64,000 nucleotides of DNA from Podarcis liolepis (Eukaryota). The notes below the pieces were generated by a model. It had not been told where the DNA came from. It saw only the letters and a list, made by a program, of their open reading frames with translations, and did no database searches. The DNA lies in the NCBI GenBank assembly GCA_965112155.1, contig OZ218109.1; one strand, 5' to 3'. Positions 1 to 11,646 of this stretch are shown one piece after another. Made by a program: the position numbers and the translations under genes. Position 1 is the first letter of the stretch. Each line of letters opens with the position of its first letter.

Positions 1-421
1 ATAAACATTATTGGGGAAAAAATATAATAACAAACCTAAGATTTCTTAATATTTGTGCGACACTCTCCCCCATTAAATAGCTATTTCTTATAGAGTGAAG
101 TGTGCACTAGGAATTGGTTATAACTCCATTAACTGAATTGATCAGAATGACAGGGATACTGTAGTTACTGATGCATTAGCTGCATCAATATGTATAAATT
201 TCAGCTGTTTGGAGTATCAGTCAACAAGCATTGTCAAAAAGGTCCAAAATTCAGCACGGAGAGTCACTCCCATAAATGTGCAATAACGTACTTGTTGGAT
301 GAGGAAAAGAATGCTGCTGTCAAGCAACAGGAACCCAAATAAGCCTCACGCAAGGAAGCGGGCGTGACAGCATCTTGTTCTCTAAAACGCATTCTGAGAT
401 GCCTACCTGCTGGACGGCACT

Positions 422-935
422 TATTTTTTAATGTCTCTCTCATATATTTTTTCCCCCATGTAACATTTTTACAAATCAGTTTCATTTGTTGAGACATTGG
501 GAAGAAAAGGGGGAAAGAGGTGGAGGGGGGGGAAGATGGGTGGGGTCACGTGGCGATGTTTCTATTTTACTTAATATATGTGGGGTTTTGTGTCAGCGTT
601 GCTTGTGCAGGTTCTTTGCTGTTCACTTGTGTTCCTTTGGTGGTGAGAGAGGTTGGGGTTGGCCTAGGGTGCGGTTGTTCATTTGTGGTTGGCTGTGGTG
701 ATCTTTGTTTTCATGTGTGAGTGCGGTGGGTGGGTGTTTTGGATCAGGTTAGCCATATTGATTTGTATGCTGCTGGTGGATTTTTGTCATTGTCTTGTTG
801 GGCTGTGTATGTGATAAAGAAGAAGGCGTCTTCTTCTATTTGTTCCCGTGTCAGTTTCAGTTTATTGGTTAATTTTTCTAGTATGGCTGTTTCCCATACT
901 ATTTGGTACCATTGGTCCATGCTTACTCCTGACAG
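422..935 (-). mobile_element. L1-clade LINE 3' fragment (ORF2 C-terminus plus 3'UTR)
   Basis: Minus-strand peptide MDQWYQIVWETAILEKLTNKLKL resembles an L1-type ORF2 end. TSD GCTGGACGGCACT (409-421) / GCTTGACGGCACT (936-948). Closely similar to 45761-46337. Confidence 0.75.
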
Positions 936-1049
936 GCTTGACGGCACTCCTGAGATTATTCTGTGTGGCTGGAGGTCTGATTTAATCTTCCTGCAGGTGG
1001 ACACAGCCTGGCATGTGGCCAATTGCGGACCCTCCAAGAGCTTTAATTG

Positions 1050-1125
1050 AGATTCCTGCGTTGCTGGGGGTTGGACTAGATGATCATTGGAGGCCCTTTC
1101 CAGCTGTACAATTCTAGGATTCTAT
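1050..1125 (+). mobile_element. CR1 LINE 3' terminal fragment
   Basis: ggggttggactagatgatc...ccctttccagc...attctaggattcta is a CR1-type 3' end with ATTCTRTG-like tail. Confidence 0.65.
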
Positions 1126-1734
1126 TTTTCTTCCACTCCTTGTTGCTGCTGATGAGTCTTTTGCTTTGCTTTCTGCTAAGGGCGGGGGGCGGTATGGCGA
1201 ACCCTTCCCCCCCCCCCACACACCAGAGAGCTCTGTCATTATGTCCTAGGGAGTAGATTCAGCCTCCCCACAGGGTGGTTATCAATCCGATCGTTAAGTC
1301 TGGCATCCCAGTTCAAAGCATTAAACCAAATGAGCTTCTGGGACACCTGGTGACAATTGGCCCCAAACGCGAGTTAATGGCCTTGACCTCCGGGTCTCAT
1401 AACTAGCTGCAAGCCATTTCTGCTGTGCCTTTGCCCTCATCCTCGCATCCTGACATCTGAAACCAGCATTGTGCTGCGTTATTCGGAGAGGGAGCCTCAT
1501 GACACCTGTATGCAAATAGAACCCCAGCTGGGGAAGGGAAAGCATTTTTCTTTCTTTGCCGAGAAAGCGCCCAGCATGTCTGAGCCATCAGCAGCTCACA
1601 TGTCAAACTATTCCTTTAACACGATGTGAATGAGAACATGGTAGGTGCTTCTCTGACGGGCCGCGTGCATGCAATAGCTGCAGGAAGATTTCTTCTGAGT
1701 TCTTGAAAATGTAAATCCTTTTTTAAAAAATTTA

Positions 1735-2240
1735 TTTAGAAGTATTCCTAGACCACTTAATATTTAAAGATCTTTTAGTGGTATGCAAAAATGTGATGTA
1801 AAAACAATAAATCAGTATAATAAGAGCAGAGGTGAAACCAAAACAATATTATATGGGCAGTAATAACAGGGTCCAAGTCTTACAGGTCAGGAAAGCCTGG
1901 ACCCCCCCCCCCCGGCAATATTTAGAAGATATCAGAAAACTGGTGGATGCTGCTTCACATATTGTAGAAGGAAGGGCATTCCAGAGTACAGGGACAATGG
2001 TGGAAAATGCCTGTTTGGGGGAACGGCTCTGTGATATTCTGTAGGATGCCACTGATATTCTGCAGTGCCACAAGTATAATCTCCCCAGATGATCTAAGCG
2101 GTCTTACACATCTGTATATGGGCAAGTAAACCTGGTGCAGGGTTATTCTGGGCTTCTGATGTAACAAGAGTTTAAATGTGGCTGGTAGCTAATTGGCAGC
2201 CAATGTAGTTCCCTAAGTGTAGCGATAACATGTGTGTATC
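1735..2240 (-). mobile_element. Degenerate L2-clade LINE 3' fragment
   Basis: Minus-strand ORF QAFSTIVPVLWNALPSTICEAAS resembles the L2 ORF2 C-terminal motif RAFSVAAPxLWNxLP. Confidence 0.6.
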
Positions 2241-3971
2241 AAGGTGACAGGAAAGGCGAGACTAGCTAAACCAGAAGTCGTGCTTCCATCCTAAACAGTC
2301 CAAGATTAGGGCAAGGAGTCAGGAGCTTCCTGGCCTGTTAGGTTGTTCCCATCATTTCCTTACAAGATCCATTTTATTTCACTTTTGGATGTTTTTCCAG
2401 GCTCTCACATATATTATCCTACTGAGTGTCATAATATATAAAAAAAACCCTTGGGTTTGATGCCTTTGTCTTATGGGATATTTTATTTTCTATCCATCTA
2501 ATGTGTATACCACCCTTCATCTGAAGATCTCAGAGCAGATTACAAGATAAAAATATAGCTCAATAGAAAAATATAGCTCAATAGAAAAAAAACCCCAAGG
2601 ATCCAATAGGTTCTAATACTCATAGAATAAAATATATTCCAGCAATGTAACCACTATAACACCAGAAATCCTTTGCTTTACAACATTTCCACCAGACGCG
2701 GACAAAGTTTTCCTTGCCCCCACTCCCGCAGTGTCACTCCACATAGTGCTTTTTAATAGGGACTATGATGATGTCCAATTGCCTCTGACCACACCATTGC
2801 AATCCTCAAGAAGTCCCTCAATCTGTACTATACTTCCTTCCAATCTATCTGGTGGTTGTGCGTCCCCACCTGCATCCCCAGCACAAGGACTTGGGGGATG
2901 TGTTTTCTAGCAGATGTCCAGACCAAACTCCGCAAGCTACCTAGTATGAAGAAAATGCATTGGCTCAAACTGCTGTATGAGCTTTAAGATGGTGCTTATA
3001 TTGTAATGGAGGTAAGCATCGGAGATGGACAAGTTCATATTCTAGATCGATTTGTAATTCTGAATCTCAACAACAGCCTTCCTGCTCTTCACTTAAACTC
3101 CCGTTTTACATGGGCTCCTTGGAATTTTTAAGGATGTGAACCGGGCTAGAATGAGGAGTAAGAGAATATTTGTCTCTGGGGCCTCATTGTAGCTCGCTTC
3201 ATGTACTTAATGTTATCATTAGGGCAAATGAATATGTGCAACTGAGCCAGCTGAAAAGGCTTATGTCCTACAGCTCAGTAGCATGAGTTCTATAGCTCAA
3301 AAATGGCTTAGGGAAATAGCCCTAGTTTTTCACAGAGGCTTAATAGTTTCCTCAAATTGGCTCATTAACAGAAGAGGCCACCTGCCCAAAATGATAGTAG
3401 AGGCTCCCTCCTATATACGCCATATTCTTGATCATATTGAGGAAATGCCAGCTTTCTGTCCCCACCATTAAAGTGTTTACTAATTCATTTCCCCCCCACA
3501 AGGACCTGAAAATAAATAGCATCCTTCCAACTGTATTTTATAACTGCAATATGACATTACTATAATGTAATTAATATCAGCATAAGATGGAAAAAACACG
3601 AGATGATATTTTTAAATAAAAAAATCAGATATTAAATGCGATAGTCTAAAAAAAAAAAGTCCTGTTTAATAAACCTTTAATCTGGCTATTCCATTAGTAC
3701 CCTGTTACTTTGTACATGTCATTTACACAATTGCTTTTGACAGATGAAAGTCACTGTGCAAAGATTCTCTCCTCTCATTCTTAGGTGGTTAAAGCTTTCT
3801 AGCGAAATCACCCACGTGTTTAAATCTATAATTGTTTATGTGTTCACTTGGCAGTAAAGTCATGTTGAACTCAGTGGGAATTTTCTTCTGCTTTACTTCT
3901 GAATCAGCACACATGAGAACAGGTTTTGTATGTGTGCACAGACATATACACACAATAACTGTTTTGGTAAT

Positions 3972-4089
3972 ATAAAAAAATTCCTTCCAGTAGCACCTTA
4001 AAGATCAACTAGTTAGTTCTTGGTATGAGCTTTTGTGTGCATGCACACTTCTTCAGATACTGAATTCTTCAGATACACACTTCTTCAGA
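3972..4089 (-). mobile_element. Penelope-like element terminal (pLTR) fragment with hammerhead-like core
   Basis: Minus strand reads gtatCTGAAGAagtgtgcatgcacacAAAAgctcatac...ttagttgatctttaaggtgctac. Three tandem ttcttcagat(ac) copies. Flanked by ttggtaat direct repeats (3964-3971, 4090-4097). Confidence 0.7.
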
Positions 4090-6012
4090 TTGGTAATGTT
4101 TATTTTTCATGAAATCACAGAGTTACACTTTTATAATATTTATTATTATTATTTTAAAATATTAATTTTTTGCACACAATAAAACAGAATAACAAATGCA
4201 TAAAAACAGCAGTGCACAAAATAATAAAATGCTCATCCGATGATATATTTAAAAGAAACAAGGCCTAGCCACCCCATGTAAATGAGACCGAACGAAAGCC
4301 ACAAACATGTCTTAACTAACCTGCTGACTAAAATCAATAAGCATGGGTAATTTAAAAAACAGCTTTTGCCTGGCACCTAAAGACAGACAGCGATGGCGTC
4401 AGCCACGCTTTTCCTATTGGAAAACATTCCACAAACAGGGAGCCACCATTGAAAATGCCTCTTCTCATGTGTACTCTAGACTTGTGCATTTCAGAGTTTT
4501 ATGGCTCTTTTTTAAATGGTCCAAATTTTCGGCCTTAGCAACACTGCTGGCTGTTTTTACCTGCATGGTTCTTGATTGCCCTAAACCAGGAGTAGCTAAC
4601 CCGTGGACCTCCAGGTGTTGATAGACTACGACTTCCATCACCCTTGGCCATTGGCCCTCCCATGTGGGGCTGAAGGGTGTTGGAGTCCATTGATGTCTGG
4701 AGGACTACCGGTTTCCCACCTGTCATCAGAAAACCTAAAAATAGATGGGTGCCCCAATTCCAGTTGACAGGTATAAGCGGTGCTTAATTTTTACCTTTAT
4801 TTTTAGGAAAAGGTGCCAGTACTGAGTACCCCCAGAAAAAGAGAGCGCTGGTTATAAGCTGCCATCCTTGCAGAAAGCTGCCTAATGTAAAAGGTTCGGT
4901 CATGATGCATCTTTGCCGTAGAACACAAATTAATCACAATTGCAATCTATTTCCGTGTCCTCCCATTTAAGAGAAACAGTGTTGTTCTCTGCATCCCAGA
5001 TCAGTTATGTCAGCTGAAAAACGGTGCCTTCTTCGTTAGCAACTGCTTTTATCAATCTGCTGAATAGCGGTCTCTTCCCAGGGACCGGCCACATCTTGCA
5101 ATAATTTTTATATAAGTATTACAGCGCAGTAAACATGATACTCATAGTAATTCCTGCACTCCCCCCTCTCTCCGCCATCTCCATGTAACCAAAGGCGTTT
5201 GTGCTGTTATTAGTTTTGACAAACTGGATTGTACCTCGGCCATTGTTAAGTCGTTCTATCTGCCCTACCCCCGCAACTCGCCGAGAGACAAAGAATTTTT
5301 AATGAATTTAATTAAAACTTTATGTGGTTCCTGGAGTACAGCTCCAGCTGCTTGGCCGTTCTTTTTGGATGAAGGAAAGTTTCTTTAATGCATAATGATG
5401 TGTTTTATATGAGATACGTTTCAACCTCCTTCCTAGTAGCCTTAGGTTGTTTTCCATCTGTATCACACTGGCGGAATATTTTATAAAGAGTCTCTTTAAC
5501 ATCTTGGTTAAGTGCAAAGCACAAATCAGTATGTTAAATATATTATCAACAGCAGCTACTTTTGGGGCACTCCACCACTTGTCTTGTCAGCTGCCAGAAT
5601 CAAAACCATATATTTTCATGAATGGCTTTTCATGAATATTTTTTCATGAATATTTTCATGAACGGCCGTTTCATGTTTCTGATATGGCTTCTGGATTGGA
5701 ACTTGCTGGGTCCGAATCTGTTTGGGGCTTGAATTGTGGAGGATATGGAATTTTATTGGGGGAAACCAAAGTAAGACCATGAGAACGTAAGATGAGCATG
5801 CTGGATCAGGCCAATGGCCTGTCCAGTCCAGTATCCTGCTTTTGAAGCAGCCAACCAGAGGCTTCTGGGAAATATGCAAGCAGGACCCCCTCAAGCACAC
5901 TCTCCCCTCTTGCAGTTTTCAGAAAACCTAGGACTAAGATGAAACTGTGAAGCTCCCTTGTTAGTTTTGCTATTGGATGCTACATGTTGTTTAAGCAATC
6001 TTGTTACATGTA

Positions 6013-6238
6013 CAGTGGTACCTCGGGTTAAGTACTTAATTCGTTCCAGAAGTCTGTTCTTAACCTGAAACTGTTCTTAACCTGAAGCACCACTTTAGCT
6101 AATGGGGCCTCCTGTTGCTGCCGCGCCGCCGCTGCGTGATTTCTGTTCTCATCCTGAAGAAAAGTTCTTAACCTGAGGTACTATTTCTGGCTTAGTGGAG
6201 TGTGTAAGCTGAAGCGTATGTAACCCGAGGTACCACTG
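6013..6238. mobile_element. Tc1/mariner-pogo (Tigger-like) MITE, family A
   Basis: TIR CAGTGGTACCTCGGGTTA / TAACCCGAGGTACCACTG with TA on both sides; four copies in the window. Confidence 0.9.
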
Positions 6239-6325
6239 TATAGTATTGAAATATGGGTGGGGTTTTTTTGCACGCTGTTATGTTTTTGTTTCGCTGTGTT
6301 GATATGGAATGGTTACTATGTTATT

Positions 6326-6676
6326 GGGACGCGGGTGGCGCTGTGGGTTAAACCACAGAGTCTAGGAATTGCCGATCGGAAGGTCAGTGGTTGAAATCCC
6401 CGCAACGCGGTGAGCTCCCGTTGCTCGGTCCCTTCTCCTGCCAACCTAGCAGTTTGAAAGCACGTCAAAGTGCAAGTAGATAAATAGGTACCGCTCCGGC
6501 GGGAAGGTAAACGGCGTTTCCATGCGCTGTTCTGGTTTGCCAGAAGCAGCTTAGTCATGCTGGCCACATGACCCAGAAGCTGTACGCCGGCTGCCTCGGC
6601 CAGTAAAGCGAGATGAGCGCCGCAACCCCAGAGTCGGCCACGACTGGACCTAATGGTCAGGGGTCCCTTTACCTTT
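6326..6676 (+). mobile_element. Sauria SINE (Squam1), full length
   Basis: Head gggacgcgggtggcgctgtgggttaaacc, tail (ACCTTT)n, 13-bp TSD TTACTATGTTATT (6313-6325 / 6677-6689). Confidence 0.92.
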
Positions 6677-6779
6677 TTACTATGTTATTATGAAATTGTT
6701 TTTGTAGTGTTTGTTGTAAACTGATATGAGCATGATTGTGTGTGTGTGTGTGTGTGTGGAAAAGCAGCATACAAAGAAA

Positions 6780-7140
6780 ATGAATGAAGGAGACCTCTTC
6801 CTATACCCACAGCATGTCTTGAGATCTAAAAAGGCCCTGCTCCAAGTACCCTCTTTAGTAGAAGCACCCTGTGCAAAGGAGAGGGCCTTTTCTGTGGTGG
6901 CCCCCTGACCCCTCTTCTCTAAGGAGGTTTGCTTGCCAGCTGCATTGCAAGCTTTTTGATACCTTTCTATTGACTTGGGCATTTTAGATATGAAGGATTC
7001 TCTTCTGCTTTTCAACTTTATTGCTTCTGTTTTCTATTTTCTTATTCCTGTGGTTAATTTTAAATGACTCAAACTTTAATTCACATCGCTCTGGGATCTT
7101 CTGATGAAATCTTTGTTTGTTTACTAAGAGATAAATAAAG
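6780..7140 (+). mobile_element. Degenerate L2-clade LINE 3' end
   Basis: Peptide ERAFSVVAP, followed by a T-rich 3'UTR and ataaataaa tail. Confidence 0.6.
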
Positions 7141-7732
7141 TAAAATTGAGAGAAAACTCTTGGAAGAAGATGATGGCATGCCTCGCTTTAAACAGCAGAG
7201 GGAAGAAAACATAGCCAGAAAGGAGATGTTATTAGTTAGCAGAAGGCTTGTTACTGTGCCTTTTAGTGCATTGTGTGAGATGGCTAATTAATGAAAAGAA
7301 ACAAACAAAGGTGAAATGTAGGCACAAGCCTAATTTACACGGGGTTTTATTAGCCAATGAAAGACCCGTAGCAAGAGCAGTGGAAGGTGGAAGGCTGGCT
7401 TTGGCTAAAGGAAGGTGTGAATTCTCAGCTGGACTGCAGTGTAAAAAGAAACATACATAGCCACATTCCTCATGTAAAACAAAGCCATTTTATGGAACTA
7501 TATTAATAAGACTGATGGGCCGAGAGGAGGTAGTTAGCGAGACTTTGCATTACGAGCCCATTTCCAGTCCTGCTGCTTCCTCTGGTTCCTTCTTCATGCT
7601 TTCCCACCAACTTCCAGCTGTGTCTGAAAAAACGGGCGATTGCTGAGATTGCGAATGCTTTGGTAACATCGTTTGCATTAGTGTGGAATAATTCCCTATC
7701 CCATACAGGGATTACAGTATTGAATACATATA

Positions 7733-7958
7733 CAGTGCTACCGCAGGTTACATACGCTTCAGGTTACAGACTCCGCTAACCCAGAAATAGTACCTTGGGT
7801 TAAGAACTTTGCTTCAGGATGAGAACAGAAATCATGCTCCGGCGGCGTGGCGGCAGCAGGAGGCCCCATTAGCTAAAGTGGTGCTTCAGGTTAAGAACAG
7901 TTTCAGGTTAAGAACCGACCTCCAGAACGAATTAAGTACGTAACCAGAGGTACCACTG
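7733..7958. mobile_element. Tigger-like MITE family A (opposite orientation to 6013 copy)
   Basis: TA-CAGTGCTACC...GGTACCACTG-TA, 226 bp, reverse complement of 6013-6238. Confidence 0.9.
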
Positions 7959-8379
7959 TATGATACCTATCTATGTAGCTAGCTATATCAAAGTATGGTG
8001 GGCGGATAGGGCAAGGGGATTGTCTCATTTGTCTGTCTGTTTTTGTTGTTAATATCTTCTTTCAGGTCATTGCCGATTCATCAGGAGAGTGTTTTGTTGT
8101 GTTTTGACAGGAGCAAGAGCCCTCCTTTATACGTTAATGACCATTAGATTGGTGCTGTGTTTTTGCACTGCAACTATGGTGTACATAGATTGGGGTGGTA
8201 GTCACTTAAGTTTTACTTAGGGTGGACGCACTGAAATAATGAAGACAACTAAGTTATGTCCATTGATTTCAGTAGGTCTCTGATTAAAACTTAGTTGAAA
8301 ACTGCCAATTAATTATTAATTAATTATTAAGCTATATTTTTGGAAGCTATTTTCTTTAGTAATTATACGTATTTAGAGC

Positions 8380-8481
8380 CTGACCAAACTGCGGGAGGCA
8401 GTGGAAGACAGGAGTGCCTGGCATGCTCTGGTCCATGGGGTCACGAAGAGTCGGACACGACTAAACGACTAAACAACAACA
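8380..8481 (+). mobile_element. BovB (RTE) LINE 3' terminal fragment
   Basis: gtccatggggtcacgaagagtcggacacgactaaacgactaaacaacaac is the BovB 3' end. Perfect 46-bp TSD (8334-8379 / 8482-8527). Confidence 0.9.
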
Positions 8482-8526
8482 ATATTTTTGGAAGCTATTT
8501 TCTTTAGTAATTATACGTATTTAGAG

Positions 8527-8914
8527 CAGAGTTGAAAACCTTTTTTCAGATCGAGGGCCACATTCCCATCTAGTTAACCTCCCAGGGTCCACATGCTAGT
8601 GGTGGGTGGAGCCAGAGCCAAAAATGGGTGAAGCAATCAATATGCATTTGACCTTTGTACAGTAGGGCAGCTTCCACACATATCCCCACAGCCCCCTCTC
8701 CACCCTCCATCTGGACAACCAAGAGGCATTATTATTAGGGTTCAAGGACATGTTTCAGCCAGGCAAAAACACTCAGAGGGTGGTATTAGGGTAGCGGTGT
8801 GTGTGTGTGTGTGTGTGTGGCTGAGGAGATGGTGGCCTGGGAAGAGTCATGGGGGCCCGATAGAGGGAAATGGAGGGCCGAGTTTATCCCCCAGGCCTGA
8901 TATTCCCCACAGCA
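8527..8914. mobile_element. Older hAT-like non-autonomous element (~350-390 bp family)
   Basis: 8-bp TSD ATTTAGAG (8519-8526 / 8915-8922). Related copies at ~15117-15474, ~56468-56794 and ~58920-59270. Confidence 0.7.
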
Positions 8915-8997
8915 ATTTAGAGATTTATGTGCCATGTTTCTAATTATTAGCAAGGGTGTGTTATTATGTGCTAATTATAATGTACTAATTATTAGCA

Positions 8998-9242
8998 AGA
9001 GCCAGTGTGGTGTAGTGGTTAAGAGCGGTAGACTCATAATCTGGTGAACCGGGTTTGATTCCCCGCTCCTCCACATGCAGCTGCTGGGTGACCTTGGGCT
9101 AGTCACACTTCTCTGAAGTCTCTCAGCCCCACTCACCTCACAGAGTGTTTCTTGTGGGGGAGGAAGGGAAAGGAGAATGTTAGCCGCTTTGAGACTCCTT
9201 CGGGTAGTGATAAAGCGGGATATCAAATCCAAACTCTTCTTT
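8998..9242 (+). mobile_element. Squam3-type (Ther1/MIR-derived) SINE
   Basis: tRNA-like head gccagtgtggtgtagtggttaagagc, CORE-like gggtgaccttgggctagtcac, tail aaactcttct. Highly similar to 61221-61485. Confidence 0.85.
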
Positions 9243-9310
9243 TATAACATGTAAAGACAACAACTTCATTCTGAGGGCCAGACAGAGATAAATGGAAGCC
9301 TGGATTTATC

Positions 9311-9700
9311 CCGTGTTCGAAACTCCCATTGTTTTAGGCACATTTTGTGACAGGGAATTTCATGAGGGCGAGTGTTTTCTGAGCTCTGGGCACAGCACTG
9401 CGCCTAAGATTTCAGATTGAAACTGCAGAGTGGAAGGAAAGGAGGACCTTTTTCTGCCTCCCCACTTCCAGCTACACTCTGAAGACTGGCGAAGAGACGC
9501 TCTTAAGAATATTAAGTGGGTGGGCAGGGGAAGGACTAGACCACGTGAAAAATGAACATAATATTTTAGCTGCAGTTCATTCATTTCCAGCTTTGTATTC
9601 TTGCTATAGAAAGTGCACCTAGACATTCCATTGTAGTGCTCATAACTTGGATTACGGTGCCATTTAGCTCCTAGCTTTCATATCTCAGTTTCTAACACTG
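9311..9700. mobile_element. hAT-like non-autonomous element with CAGTGTT-type TIR
   Basis: Left end ccgtgttcgaaact versus reverse complement of right end cagtgttagaaact. tttatc(cc) is repeated on both sides (9305-9312 / 9701-9708). Confidence 0.6.
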
Positions 9701-9879
9701 TTTATCCCCCAGGCCTGATGTTCCCCACACCAATTTTGAGATTTATATCCCAACATTCTAACTGTTACCGAAGATGACTTATAGCAAGTAAAGACCCCAA
9801 CTTCATAGGCATGTTATATATATATCTGACATCAGTTTAAAAAAAACCCCTATCAACACAAGTGACAGGGTCACAAATT

Positions 9880-10090
9880 GACATTCATTGATAAAAACGT
9901 CTTCCTGCTGGAAGAAAAAGTCTTCGGCAACTGGTGAAAACAGGGAGAGAGGAGTCCAGCTGTACCTCAGGAAGCAAAGTGTTCCATAGTCTGGAGGTGG
10001 CTACTGAGAAGGCCTTTCCTCCTGCACTAGATGGGAGCAGGAGAAGGTATGTCAGAACCAGATACGTTTGCCATGCTATGAGGGGCCCTA
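9880..10090 (-). mobile_element. Degenerate L2-clade LINE 3' fragment
   Basis: Minus-strand peptide KAFSVATSRLWNTLLPEV resembles the L2 C-terminal motif. Confidence 0.55.
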
Positions 10091-11646
10091 AAGCTTTCTC
10101 ATGAGGACCAAAGTAGCTGTAGCACGTGAGACTCATCGTTTATAGTCTCGTGACTTTTTGTTTTACTGATTAACTGAAAGGAGTTGTGAATTTGATTGCA
10201 ATAGCGATGTAGGGGAAAGGGAGTGCTTAACCCTTTCGCCCTGTATCTTTCTCCTGTGGCTGGGTAAGCAGGGCTGGTTTTGATCAGGAAAAAAATGGCT
10301 TGAGGGTAAGAATTAAGCACCTCTCCCTCCCTCCCTCCCTCCCTGCTGCTGCTTCAGTCAGATTTGTAGCACCTCCCGTCCCCCGTCCCCCCGCCAGTCC
10401 CTGCATTTCAGTAAAACAATCACCACCAGTGACAGACTAATCATGGGTTTCCCATGTCACTTGTAACATGGCCCTCACAGAACTTGACTTGATCTTTCAT
10501 CTTCCTGACAAATTTCCAAGATACAAGAAATCTCTAAGCAACTTGGAAGGAGATCTTTTCGAGAAACACATTTTGGAGAAGGATGTCAAGAGAGACTGTT
10601 ATTATTAAGGATGCAACAGTAGCTCACATTGTACATTTTTGGGAGAGAAAAAAATAGATATTTACTGTTGTGAAGAATAAGGCTATCATTGGCTACTAGT
10701 CATGATGACTATATGCTATCTCCAGGGCCAGAGGCAACATGACTCTGAATACCAATTGCTGGGGAACAGCTGAATAGCACCAGGGCACTATGGGTCTCAG
10801 GTCTTGCTTGCATGATTCCCAGAGCCATCTGATGGGGCATTGCTGGACCCACAATGTGGATTAGACAGATCTTTCATCTCATCAATCAGAACTCTTATCT
10901 TATGTAAGCCAGGCATACACGCAGCAGTGCTCATCAGATGTGAGACTTCTGAGAGTGCTGCATGCCCGAGAAGTGTACTTAGTTTGTGTTAAACCTGGGC
11001 TTTTAGAGTTATGACTCCAGTCCTCTGGAATCTGTTACCATCTGAAATGAGACAGGTTGTTGTTTAGGCAGTTACTGAAGACGTTTTGGTTTAAGAAGGC
11101 TTTCCCTGAAGCACACCCCAGCTATTTATTGGATTTTAAATTGCAGAATTGTCAAAACGGTTCCTGAGGTTTAATATTTTGTCTCATTTTTTTCCTTATT
11201 GCACAGCACTTTGTGTAATATTTATAGTGTCTGGCTATAAATCTTTAATATAAATGAAATAAAAATAATTAGTGAAGCAAAAATGATACTGCAAATCAAG
11301 GCCTGGCTAACGGAGAATTCAATTTCCTAGCCCCTGACGCATAAGAAGGACAGTGTCAGGAGGATATCCCTTGGGGGGAAAACCACATTTGGGACACAAT
11401 CACTTCTTTCCTTCAGTGAGTGAGAAGGCAATACAGAAGGGCAATTTAATGTCGCTAAAGAGTCAAATTCCACTGTGCCACTGTTAACATGTAGTTGTTT
11501 CCAGCATAAGGGACATGGCTGTTTCCATTTTGATTCTGTCTATAAAGTGATGTAAAGATTATTATTGAGTGAACACTATTTGGGGGAGGGGGGGAGAATG
11601 GTGTCCAAGACATCCTTTTGGCCTGGCTTTAGACTTTTGGCTTATA

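Noticed and set aside
8998-9075. tRNA-like sequences (also at 41610, 44155, 52684 and 6326)
   Set aside because: These are SINE heads that continue into SINE bodies; no complete cloverleaf with acceptor stem.
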